Shown: positions 25,763 to 37,671 of the stretch, in pieces
Numbering within the stretch: position 1 is the first letter of the stretch
Layout of the letters: every line of letters starts with the position of its first letter
NCBI RefSeq assembly: GCF_004010195.1
Contig: NW_025215381.1
Span: 377,003 to 441,002, forward strand
DNA from: Chiloscyllium plagiosum
Taxonomy: Eukaryota
Length of the DNA stretch: 64,000 nt
Direction of reading: 5' to 3'
The notes under the pieces: generated by a model
What the model saw: only the letters and a program-made list of their open reading frames with translations
Databases searched by the model: none
Told to the model about the DNA's origin: nothing
Translations under genes and position numbers: made by a program

Positions 25763-26630
25763 CTGGGTAAATACATAATGCAGAGTTACAGGAGGAATCA
25801 TAAATAAGTCAACTTGAGATTGACATGAGTTTGGGAGAATTGTTCACAGTCACACATCCTCTGCCATCACTATTCAACAATAACTTATACTTAGAGAGCA
25901 TCTTTAACTAAACAAATCATCCCACCAAACAAAGTGTAACACCAAGCCACATTATGGGATTAGTACTGATGCCAGGCCATTTCAGAGGTTAGTTAAGAGT
26001 TAAGTACATTGCCATGGGTCTGCAGTAGGCTGGACTGAGTAAGGATGACAGATTTCCTTTCCTAAAGGACACCAGTGAATCAGAAGGGCTTTAACAGCAA
26101 TGACAGTTTCATGGTCACCATTACTGAAACTACCTTTAACTTGCACATTTATTAATTGAATTTGAATTGCACAAGATGCCATACCCATGTTATCCCCATA
26201 TCCTCCAAGATTAGCTTGACTGAATTTCCAGTCCAATGATATGATCATTTTGCTACCATGTTCCCATGAGAGCTTAGGGCACAGGCAACCGAAGCCTTGG
26301 TTCCCAGTGGTGAGGTGAGCAAAATAAGGGATGGCAAGGTCAGGATTAGAGCAGCACAGATATCCAGGAGGGCTGTGGAGCTGGAAGATATTACAGAGAA
26401 AGGGAGTAAATCTTGTGGCACACTGCAGAGCTCCCCTCCTCTGGATCAGAAGTCCCTGGATGGAGTTTCAACACAGAATGTGACAGCCAGACATATACAG
26501 TGGCACAGCCAAGTATTAGTCTATAAATCTTTAAGGTCCCAGAAATCCTGATACATTGTGCTGATGCTTGCTGTGGAGTGAACGTCAGTCAGGATTCAAG
26601 GAAGAACTCTGGTTGATTATAGTCGTGACT

Positions 26631-26717
26631 AGAGTGGTGCTGGAAAAGCACAGCAGGTCAGGCAGCATCCGAGGAGCAGGAAAATCGAAATTTAGGGCAA
26701 AAGTCCTTCATCAGGAA
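26631..26717 (-). mobile_element. short degenerate Penelope-like 3' end fragment
   Basis: Same gctggaaaagcacagcaggtcaggcagcatc body as the other copies; degenerate core; atagtc(g/a)tg on both flanks. Confidence 0.65.
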
Positions 26718-26889
26718 TAGTCATGTCAGCTATGCATGAATGGCCTGTTCTCCCATATGTCCACGCTCTCTCATGACAGATAGCGACTTGGGACAGCTGC
26801 TCCCATTGAATGATGTATCAGCAACAGCAGCAGCATGTTGGCTCATGCCTATAATAGTCTGATTATTGTAAAAAGGGTCAATCTTTATC

Positions 26890-27335
26890 GAGGAGAAAGT
26901 GAGGTCTGCAGATGCTGGAGATCAAAGTTGAAACTTTATTGCTGGAACAGCACAGCAGGTCAGGCAGCATCCAGGGAACAGGAGATTCGACGTTTCGGGC
27001 ACAGGCCCTTCCTCAGGAATGAGCAGAGAGTGTTCAGCAGGAGAAGATAAAAGGTAGGGAGGAGGGACTTGGAGGAGGGGCGTTGGAAATGTCTTCTTCT
27101 TGACCTCTCCGCCTCCATCCTACTCCCACCTATCACCCTCACCTTGACCTCTTTCCACCTATCACATTTCCAACGCCCCTCCTCCAAGTCCCTCCTCCCT
27201 ACCTTTTATCTTCTCCTGCTGAACACTCTCTGCTCATTCCTGAAGAAGGGCCTGTGCCCGAAACGTCGAATCTCCTGTTCCCTGGATGCTGCCTGACCTG
27301 CTGTGCTGTTCCAGCAATAAAGTTTCAACTTTGAT
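26890..27335. mobile_element. fold-back Penelope-derived insertion, 172-bp arms, in a MINK1 intron
   Basis: 26921-27092 is the reverse complement of 27164-27335, with one mismatch seen. Confidence 0.85.
27236..27271 (+). ncRNA. minimal type I hammerhead ribozyme motif (best-preserved copy; mirror copy at 26985-27020 on the minus strand)
   Basis: ATTC-CTGAAGA-A-GGGC(CTGT)GCCC-GAAA-CG-TC-GAAT: 4-bp stem I (ATTC/GAAT), CUGANGA core, stem II, GAAA, palindromic ACGT in place of stem III, predicted cleavage after GUC. Confidence 0.75.
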
Positions 27336-27989
27336 ATCCAAATGAATCCAACAAGAACTGGACCAAGCATATGTGGTACTCATAATCTTCTTCATCCTAA
27401 GTATACGCATGATTTTACTACAACTGCTAAGTATTTCATCAGTAATATTTTCAGCAACATAACACAAAACATCGCAGATAAGAAAAACTGCAGCATATTA
27501 ACATGCCAAATTTCCCCTAAAGTAAATGCATTAAAATTCCATCAAATTTGACAATATTGTTATGTATTTGGCTTTAAGGGGTTAACACGTAGGGGGTTCC
27601 ATACAACAGCCAAGCAGGGTGAGATCAATAGTTGTGATGTTGAGAAGATATGCTCTTCTTCATTAGGGTAAATAAAACCACAGAAAGTAGACAAAATCAA
27701 ACACAAAATATTGCTGAGGAAAGGAGTGAACAAAGACAGAAATGGGAACTATTTAAATGTAAATCTATGATTCGCTCCAGTAATAATATCTAACAATATT
27801 CAATATCTAGGATCATACCAAAAGAGTACTTTGAAGTATTAAAGGGATTTTCTGCTATCTAGTGATCTCTGAGGCATGAAGTTTCCCTTTCTTGATATGT
27901 GCAAGATCAAGACAAACACTAGGCATACAGTAACAGTGATATCACCGCAGGGAGTTGGCAGCCAATTACACTGAAGTATTGTTAGTGTA

Positions 27990-28157
27990 GTGGATGAACT
28001 GTTCAACCTCCTCGTGGGAGCACGAGGTAGCGCCGATACAGTCATCAATGTAGCGAAGGAAAAGATGGGGGGTGGGGCCAGTGTAGTTGCGGAAGATGGA
28101 TTGTTCCACATACCCTACGAAGAGGCAGGCATAGCTGGGGCCCATGCGGGTGCCCAA
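27990..28157 (-). mobile_element. Penelope-like RT fragment
   Basis: MGTRMGPSYACLFVG…FLRYIDDCIG resembles RT motifs B/C of Penelope-like elements. Confidence 0.75.
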
Positions 28158-28586
28158 TCTTTATCGAACCATACTGTAAGTTATAAAGCCACTGATGGAG
28201 ATATAGATGTGGAGTGACACAAAAGTGCTGTGGATGAAACTGCCCCTAGGTGGAGAGGTCTTCCCCAGCACAAGGCAGTCAGCAGCACCACAGAAATCTA
28301 GAAACTCTACTTGTGGTTCAAGAACTGGCGTGAAGTGTTAAAGGAGTCAAATGTAAAGGCTCTTCACTTCAAGTAACTTGTGTCTCAAGGGCTCACACTT
28401 GGGCAGTCTACATAAGAATGGTGGTGGGATCAACTGCGTTGGCTTCACACTCGCCATGGCGAGCAGTTGGCAAGTCTCAGACAATGACTGTGTTTAGCAG
28501 CCACAGTCTAGCTTCCTTAGGAGATAAATAGGGAATCTGAAAAGAAAAGAAAGCCCCACAGACAGATCGTTGTGTGGGCAACTTAC

Positions 28587-28746
28587 CAACAGAGGTCGGC
28601 ATCTCACCCCATTGCAGCACCACATCCTTGGTGATCCGGCCATAAGTGTTCACATAAACTCCCTCATCTTCGTAGCATAGAAGCATTTCCATTCCCGCAG
28701 TGTTGGGTAGAATGACAATTGCATGAGGCACAATGTGGCTCTGAAT
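28587..28746 (-). CDS. MINK1: MINK1-like CNH exon, 160 nt, [53 protein letters not shown]
   Basis: ctctAG acceptor and G|GTaagt donor; phase 0-1. Confidence 0.96.
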
Positions 28747-29125
28747 CTAGAGGGAGAAAGAGATCAGAAGATTCAGAGGTACATGGGGACTGCAGTTTGG
28801 CCATTCAACCCCTCTCTGGCATTAGGTCCAAGCTGACTGCTGTCTCAATTCCCCACTTTACCCATATCCTTTGATGCTCTTACTCAACACACAGTTTTGA
28901 AATACTAATTATTGTCTGGCTTTTCAAGGATGGATTTGCAAATTCCTATACCATATGTGACAAATAGATTCAGAATTGGACTCTTACCATCACCTCTATG
29001 TAAAGGTGTCAGCCCTTTTTGCTGACACAGGCAGCAAAAACGGCCAAATCAGAGTCCTAAACTCTACTGTTTTTAACCCGTAGTGGAGAAAAACTAGCAA
29101 TAGATCCCACAAATGTCATCATGGT

Positions 29126-29431
29126 TATTAGACTAGATTTCCCACAGCGTCGAAACAGGCCCTTCGATCCAACAAGTCTACATCGAGCCTCAGAACAGCA
29201 ACCCACCCAGATACACCTCCCTCTGACTAATGTGCCCAACATCACGGGCAATTTAGTACGGGCAATTCATCTGATCAGCACTGTGGGAGGAAACCGAAGC
29301 ACTGGGAGGAAACCCACGCAGGCACGGGGAGAATGTGCAAACTCCACACAGACAGTTGCCCGAGGTTAAAATCGAACCTGGGACCCTGGTGCTGTGAGGC
29401 AGCAGTGCTAACCACTGAGCCACCGTGCCGC
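29126..29431 (-). mobile_element. HE1-like V-SINE (older)
   Basis: Diverged reverse-strand copy ending ~70 nt from an exon donor. Confidence 0.8.
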
Positions 29432-29501
29432 CTTAATCCATCCATAGAAAGGAATATTGCTGGGTGGTGGTTTGAACATGAAGAAAAAACTTATAACTCA
29501 C

Positions 29502-29651
29502 ATGCACTGGGATATAAATATCATAGGTGTTTCCAGTATCTACGTCAACTGCATGAAAGCCTGTAGTGGATCCATATATAACCTTCAATCTCTGACCTTC
29601 TTCTACAGTCAAGTCAACCAGTGTTGGTTTGTGAGGCAGGTCTGAAAATGA
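29502..29651 (-). CDS. MINK1: MINK1-like CNH exon, 150 nt, [50 protein letters not shown]
   Basis: ttccAG acceptor and CAT|GTgagt donor; phase 0-0. The YDIYIPVH ending is MINK1-like. Confidence 0.96.
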
Positions 29652-31284
29652 CTGGAAGAGAAATGGAAACAAGTGAAATTCTCTCTCCAGCAAACATTTT
29701 AATAATTAGAGCTTGCTAATGATGCTGACCGAGTACACGGATTTTCTCATGGACACTATTTTAAACAGAAGCTCAGTCTAACTGAGCAATAGTTCTACTT
29801 CAAATGTCTTCTTGGCAAGCATTTGTACCTCAAACATCCAAACAGATTTGCAAATAGAAAAAGATCTGGCCACTTTGTTGCCTGCGGGACATTGCTTCTA
29901 CTTGATTACCTGTCCCACATTACAAGAGCAACCACAGTTCAACAATACTTTTCAATGAAAAAGTAATTAAACCGTCTTCAGGCTGTGACAAGCACAAAAT
30001 GATGCCTTTCCCTCTCTTTATAACCCACTAATCGCACTCACTAAGGGAACAGCCGTAAGTTGCATGATTAATGTTGAAGTTCAAGAACGGGGTCAATTGT
30101 GAAGCAAATTCCTGATTATCATTTGTCCACTTTAATGGAATGATGCAATAATACAGCAGAAAGAGGACTTTTGGTCCATCAGGTTAGAATGGGCTCACTT
30201 GAAGAGCAATCCAGCTTTTTATGTCCAATCCACCATCTGACTCTTTCCTCACTGACCTGCAATTCGTTTTCCTTCAAGTATTTCTCTTTTTTTTTGCGCA
30301 ATGTTCACTCTATCCCACAGCCCTATTAGAACACTGGCTGCTCAAGGAAGACCATCTTCACTTTGTCTCTGGTCCTCTTGCTCTGGCTATCAACCCTTCA
30401 GTCACTGGAAACCCTTGTACTGTTTTTTCTGTCCCAATCCTTTCATAACATTAAACACTTCCATTAAATCACCTCAACCTTCTCTGCTCTGTGAAGGACC
30501 CTCATTCTTTGTCTGACCTATTCACCATAACATTATAAAATAAAAAGGGGCAGACATAGGACACAGGCCTACTTCTGTTCTGTGCCTTTCATCTTTATGA
30601 TCCTAACCATTACCAGTCAGCCCTGGAACCATCATAGTGGATCACTTCTGTATCCAAGACCTTCATAACTTTCCTATAATTTCACATCTAGATGACACAA
30701 GACTCCAGCTACAGCCACACTAATGTTCTCCAAGTTTAGCCTAACTGCCTGGCTTTGGTATTGTGCCTTAACATACAAAGCTCAGAAATGATTATGATTA
30801 TCAATTGCTCAATTAACCTGACCTGCACCTTCAGACATGTGAGTACTAACATCCTCAGACCTTTCTTTTCACCATCAAATTTATAATTGGACTATTTCAC
30901 CTGAATTGTTGAGAATCATTCTTCCGACAATGCTGTTCCCAGTTATAAGCACACCACGTGAACGCCCCCCAGTGGCGCCACCTTGCAGGGCTCCATTATC
31001 ACTACACGACAGGATCTTGTTATCATAGTTCATGCAACTCTGTCATTTCTTTGTTGCAAGTCTGCTCTTACATCCCCTTCTGAATTAGCCGCTTTTAAAA
31101 TTCTCCAAGTACTGAAATATCTCCTACTGTTTGTAAGCTCCAACTGAAATGATTCTCATCTCTGGCCCTGCCGTACTATTTTTGCCAATCAAACACGCTT
31201 TCTAACTGAAATATTAACAAACTTTGTCTTTCATTTCCTACTGGGGTGAAGGCTATTATGAAGAGCTATGAAATGAAACCTGAC

Positions 31285-31385
31285 CTTGAAAGCCATGAAC
31301 TTATGGTAAGGCTTCGGAGCCCAGGCATAGACCTCAACTGAGTTCTTCAGCGCAATAACCAGGAACTTGATCCTCTCGTACTTCA
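31285..31385 (-). CDS. MINK1: MINK1-like CNH exon, 101 nt, [33 protein letters not shown]
   Basis: ctacAG acceptor and AAG|GTcagg donor; phase 1-0. Confidence 0.96.
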
Positions 31386-32803
31386 CTGTAGAGTAAATAG
31401 CAATGGAAAGGTTATTTCTCCTATGCAGTTCACAGATGATAAACCTGATCCCGTGGCTAGGGATGATGTAGCCAGCATACTGCAGCAGCCCAGTCCTTTT
31501 GAGTTTGTCCATCCCTTGAGAGGTAGGAAGGAAATGAGATGAACTCAGACTACTCCACTCAATCACAGCACAGCTTTTACAATATGTTAAAATAATGCAA
31601 CAATATTTCGTGACCTTACACAGCTCAATGGGTTAATGCATTGAGGTATAAAAACCAGTGGTGGGAAAAGCAGAACAACCTTTCAGTTTGCAGAGCTGAC
31701 AGTGAAAGACTATGATGAAAGGTCAATGGCTGAAAGCAAACATCCTGTTTTTCTCTCCACTGATGCAGCCTGGCCTGGTGAATATTCCCAGCACCTTTTG
31801 TTTCGATTTTGATTTCCAGCATCCACAGCAAACCACTGAGCAGCTGAAACAGAGGCAAATCGTGATAAGTGTAATCTACATAGCAGCTTGGCTACAGCAG
31901 GATCACTGTAATCGGCCATGGTTAAAGAGGAGCAGCTAATGTGTCTCCCTTGATACTAAAAGTGAAGGCAAAGATAAAAATAGCCATGATTTCTCTCCAT
32001 TGCTATCCTGCTCGAAACTGTGCACTTGTGGGTGTAAGGTGAAAGTAAACATTTAACAGGATTTATTTTCACCCTGAGGGGGTAGAAATATGATGCTACC
32101 CGAGAGGGTGGTCAAGGCAGAGACACTCAGCATTTAAGAAGCATTTCCTTAAAATGCCAGGAAATAGCAGGCTATGGATCAAGTGCAGTTAAGTGGGATC
32201 AATGTAGTTTGGCATTTGTTGGTCAACATAGACACGGCCTGTTACTATTCTGTATAAAGCTCAATATGTGGCACCCAATTGTGGGGGATTCCCTCACAGC
32301 GTGTTGGGTCAAAATGTCTCTAATCTTTACAGCGTAAGGGATGACCATTTAACCGATCACAGTCACCCCTTGTCTACATTTGATGCTCTCCAACCAGATT
32401 CATATGTGTTTTGAAAGTCAATGCATTTGGACCCATGACTGCAGTTGATTAAAATCCTTGGTATCAACTGAAGTCTCGTAGATTGCTGGTTTTTCACTCA
32501 TTTCTATCAACGCCTTATCCAAAGCTTCAAACTAATAATCAGTGCGGTCAACAGGGACTCTCCATTTCTAACCACAAATGTGGGTTATTGCAAATACAGA
32601 TTTTTCAATGTAAGGGGAGAACTATCAACTGCCCTTTGAACCAAGCTCTTTTTAGGAGAAACCTTTGTTGTATAAGTATCAACATTCCCTTTCAGACTGT
32701 CCAACTGACAGGGCTACGTTTGCTGGCTCAAACTCCCTTGCTGCATGTGACTGTAAGTCCAACATGCGTCTTGCACCTCACTGATGCTTAGCTCTGTACT
32801 CAC

Positions 32804-32938
32804 CCACTTTGTAGTGCACACAGCCCTCCATATCTCCCACTGTGGTCCAGCCCTGCTTCTTCTCCACCTCTGGATCATTATGTAAAATCTTATTCCGCAG
32901 CCAGGACAAGTAATACACACGCAGTTTATTCCGTTTAC
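32804..32938 (-). CDS. MINK1: MINK1-like CNH exon, 135 nt, [44 protein letters not shown]
   Basis: Translated by hand; this frame is not shown in the ORF track. cctcAG acceptor and G|GTgagt donor; phase 1-1. Confidence 0.96.
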
Positions 32939-33820
32939 CTGAGGTGGGGCGGGGGGGGCAAAGAAACAGATAGGATCATTGAAACAGAATTCAGCAACTT
33001 CAACAACTGGACATGACCAATTTCTTTTCATGGCAATGAAAAGCCATTCTTCCTTTTCTCCTATTTGGGGGGGGGGGGGGTGGAGTGGAAACAAGGATCT
33101 GCTGGGAGGTCTTTTTCACCTTTACTTCTTTAGGAAGGCTATACTGCTTCCATTATTTCAGGGAGAGTGGGCTCACTGACAAAACCATCACTCGTGCTTG
33201 ATTGTGCTGGAATGGAGTGGCTTGCTCTGCTATTTCAGTTAAGAGTCAATCGCATTGTCGTGATTCTGCAGTCAAGTGTAGACCATATTGCGGAAAAGCA
33301 GAATATTTCCTTCCTTTAAAAGGAAATTAGCAAATCACAGGTTTTTAACCACGGCTTCATGATCACCAGCAGACTAACTTTTAGTTCCATACTTATTAAT
33401 CTTATGAACTGAATTCCTTTAAAGGAAGGGGAATTCTTCAGTTCAGAGTACCTTATTGTTCCAGAACTTCACTAGCTAGAAGCAATACACTAGGCAGCCC
33501 ACACAATCAAGGTGTAGCTTGTCATGGGAACATAAGCTCCTAACTTTATCTAAACAGTTCATGGTGCTGCACCTGATTCCAGGGGTCAGGATAACATTGG
33601 GAAAACAGGGGCAATTGGATAACATTTCTGCCCAGAGTTTGTTAGAAGGGCTGTGCGTGAACATCATACAAGTAAGGATAAAGATAAACTAACACTCCTC
33701 AGCACTCGGATTTCACTGTATTTTGGAGGTCCCGTCTCCATTTTACATTGAAAGCTCTCTCATTGCATGCTCCTGCTGTGTGCTAGCGCTTTCTAATAAC
33801 TCAATCTGAATGTTATGCAC

Positions 33821-33964
33821 CTGATATAGTGATGAGGAGGTTCAGCCCTTCTAAGACATCCATCTGCTGGAAGCGTCGACGACTGATGAGGCTGTAGACT
33901 TTACCCTGGCCACTCCGATCAAGTAGCATCAGCCCATTCTCTGTGCCCACCAGCAGATTCACAC
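33821..33964 (-). CDS. MINK1: MINK1-like CNH exon, 144 nt, [47 protein letters not shown]
   Basis: gctgaAG acceptor and G|GTgcat donor; phase 1-1; near-invariant family peptide. Confidence 0.96.
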
Positions 33965-34069
33965 CTTCAGCAATCATAGAATGCACAATGAACAAGACAC
34001 AGGAAAACCAGAACAACAAAGCTTTGCTAACACAGTACTGATTGGTCACAAATCTGAGGAGGAATTCGG

Positions 34070-35495
34070 TGACCAGCAGTGAAAAATAAGAATGGTATGT
34101 TGCTTCCCTGGTGCCAGGGTCAAGGATGTCTCAGACAGGGTGCAGAATGTTCTCACGAGGGAGAGGGGCCAGCAAGAGATCATTGTCTACATTGGAACCG
34201 ATGACATAGGAAGCGAAAAGGTTGAGATTCTGAAAGGAGATTACAGAGTTAGGCAGGAATTTAAAAAGGAGGCCCTCAAGAGCAGTAATATCTGGATTAC
34301 TCCCAGTGCTACAAGCTAGTGAGGACAGGAATAGGAGAATAGAGTGTTTGAATGCATGGCTGAGGAGCTGGTGTATAGGAGAAGGATTCACATTTTTGGA
34401 TCATCGGAATCTCTTTTGGGGTAGAAGTGACCTGTACAAGAAGGACAAATTGCACCTAAGTAGGAAGGGGATTAATGTACTGGCAGGGAGATTTGCTAGA
34501 GCTGCTCGGGAGGATTTCAACTAGTAAGGTGGGGGAGTAGGACCCAGGGAGATAGTGAGGAAAGAGGTCAAACTGAGTCTGGTACAGTTGAGAACAGAAG
34601 CGAGTCAAACAGTCAGGGCAGGCACGGACAAGGTAGGACTAATAAATTAAACTGCATTTATTTCAATGCAAGGGGCCTAACAGGGAAGGCAGATGAACTT
34701 AGGGTGTGGTTAGGAACATGAGACTGGGATATCATAGCAATTACGGAAACATGGCTCAGGGATGGGCAGGACTGGCAGCTTAATGTTCCAGGATACAAAT
34801 GCTACAGGAAGGATAGAAAGGGAGGCTANNNNNNNNNNNNNNNNNNNNNNNNNNNNNNNNNNNNNNNNNNNNNNNNNNNNNNNNNNNNNNNNNNNNNNNN
34901 NNNNNNNNNNNNNNNNNNNNNNNNNNNNNNNNNNNNNNNNNNNNNNNNNNNNNNNNNNNNNNNNNNNNNNNNNNNNNNNNNNNNNNNNNNNNNNNNNNNN
35001 NNNNNNNNNNNNNNNNNNNNNNNNNNNNNNNNNNNNNNNNNNNNNNNNNNNNNNNNNNNNNNNNNNNNNNNNNNNNNNNNNNNNNNNNNNNNNNNNNNNA
35101 GATAACTAGAATCCAGAGAAAGTATATTCCTGTTAGGATGAAAGGAAAGGCTGGTAGGTATAGGGAATGCTGGATGACTAAAGAAATTGAGGGTTTGGTT
35201 AAGAAAAAGAAGGAAGCATAGGTCAGGTATAGACAGGATAGATCGAGTGGATCCTCAGAAGAGTATAAAGCAAGTAGGAGTATACTTAAGAGGGAAATCA
35301 GGAGGGCAAAAAGGGAACATGAGATAGCTTTGGCAAATAGAATTAAGGAGAATCCAAAGGGTTTTTACAAATACATTAAGGACAAAAGGGTAACTAGGGA
35401 GAGAATAGGGCCCCTCAAAGATCAACAAGGAGCCACAACAAATGGGGGAGATACTAAATGAGTATTTTGCATCAGTATTTACTGTGGAAAAGGAT
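34070..35495 (+). mobile_element. CR1-clade LINE fragment (ORF1 esterase, start of ORF2; spans gap)
   Basis: [12 protein letters not shown]…IGTDDI…DKLHL; YFNARG…ETW. Confidence 0.85.
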
Positions 35496-35589
35496 ATCTG
35501 TCGACTCTCCTGCTCCTCGGATGTTACCTAACTTGCCATACTTTTCCAGCAACACACTTTTCGACTTTAACAAGGACATGCTGGACCTG

Positions 35590-36770
35590 AACCCTCATTA
35601 ACTCACTTTTGAAAGCCTCCCTTTGCCTCCAAACAGTCTTCCCCAATCAACTTTTGTACATTCTTGTCTAAGACTATCAAAATTGGCCTGGCCCCAGTTT
35701 AGAACTTTAACTCATGGCCCAGAGCTACATTTTCTATAATTATTTTAACATTAATGGAAATGGTCACTGGTCCCAATATGCTCCCCTACTAACGTTTCCA
35801 TCACTTGCCCGAGCTGATTTCCCAAGAAGTGATCAAGTTTTGTCCCTTTCTAGTAGGGCCCTCTACATACTGTAGTTGAGAGATTCTTCCTGAAGACACT
35901 TACATTTCTCTCCAAGCCCTTAGCACTTTGGCAGTCCCAGTTGATGTTTGGAAAGTTACAATCCCCTATTACAACTTCATTATTCTTGCATCTATCTGCG
36001 ATCTCCTTACATATTTGTTCCTCAATCTCCTACTATTTATTGGGGGACATTTAGTACAATGTTCTACCCATATAGACTCAGTGGACAATCCCTCAAGAAC
36101 GCCCTCTCTTAGAACTGCCGTCATGTTTTCCCTGATCAAAAATGCAACTCCCTCTTGCCTCAGATTAGATTAGATTAGATTACTTACAGTGTGGAAACAG
36201 GCCCTTCGGCCCAACAAGTCCACACCGACCCGCCGAAGCGTAACCCACCCATACCCCTACATTTACCCCTTTACCTAACACTACGGGCAATTTAGCATGG
36301 CCAATTCACCTGACTTGCACATCTTTGGACTGTGGGAGGAAACCAGAGCCCCGGAGGAAACCCACGCAGACACGGGGAGAACGTGCAAACTCCACACAGT
36401 CAGTCGCCTGAGTCGGGAATTGAACCCGGGTCTCTGGCGCTGCGAGGCAGCAGTGCTAACCACTGTGCCACCGTGCCGCCCACTTCTATCCTTCCTACAG
36501 CATCTCCACCTGTCGGCCCTCTTGCATTGAAATAAATGCAGTTTATCCCAGACTTCCCTTGCTTGCTTCCATGCTCTTGCCTGCCTGTCTAGTACTGGGA
36601 TTACCAAAACTGCCTTTACTATTTATCTTGCTCTCATTAACATCTATACACTATCCTAAACCTTCTCTTTTATTTCTCTATTGCTTTGGATCCCAACCCC
36701 CTCCCAAATTGCTGTAGCAAATCTGTCTGCCAGGATATTGGTCCCTCTCTAACTCAGGGGCAATTTCCCT
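35590..36770 (-). mobile_element. old CR1-clade fragment (APE region) interrupted by a SINE
   Basis: Similar to the reverse-strand APE region at 11100-11990. Confidence 0.6.
36161..36481 (-). mobile_element. HE1-like V-SINE
   Basis: Near-identical reverse complement of the 4870 copy. Confidence 0.88.
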
Positions 36771-37671
36771 GTTTATCAGTGTGATTGAGAGTAAATTTCC
36801 AGATTTACAATGTCCACTCGCTCAAAGATCTTCCATCAGATCACCTGTGGAAAGCTTTAAGGCCAAAAACTCAAATTCTGCCAGTCTGCCCAGCTATTGG
36901 AGACCTCAGACTCAAGGGATCAAGATCACAATACATTTTGCAGTGTTTGTAGCACAAATGTCCCTAACGTCTCAAGAGGAAAACAGCTTGATTGTAGGCA
37001 CTTTTGGCTCAACTTGTCTGCTGTCTGTACACGGTTTTATTTCCAATTTTTAAACATGGTCTGGGCAGATTCTTTGTATTACCCATCCCTCCATTTCTAC
37101 AAGAGTGCCTGGACCCAAAAGTTATCTTTTTGAAGCCAGAAGTGTTGCACCATTCAGATTTTAGCAAACACAATTTCATTAGATTTCTAGGACTTTTGCC
37201 CTCCGACAAAATGACAAGCAGCTAGTGTGACTTGATGAAAATGGATGTGTACAGTCTGGCAAGGATCAAGGAAATGTAAAATGGCATGGCTGTAACAGTG
37301 AACAGAGCTTGCTATTGAACAGTTATCAAGCTGTTTTTCCTCCAATATCTTGCTCAATTCCCATGCTTGCATCAAATCTACAGCAGCACCTCGAGACATT
37401 GAACGCACTCCAGTTAATTACACGTGGTGTTCAGACCAATAGAAAAGGGACATTAATCACCTGAGCAAAATGTACCAAGTAACAAATGCCCAAGTATGTT
37501 AAGCAACTTGCAGAACATGACTACACCAGCAACACAGCAGCAAGCCTTGTTGGAAAACCATAAGATTGGCCCTCATGTGGCGCAGTGGTAGCATCCCTAT
37601 CGTTGAACCTGAAGGCCTGTGTTCAAGCTCCACCTGCTCCAGAGGTGTGTTCTTCCCTGGGCAAGGAATTC

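Noticed and set aside
37568..37650. tRNA-like sequence
   Set aside because: Degenerate A/B-box head only; most likely a SINE fragment.
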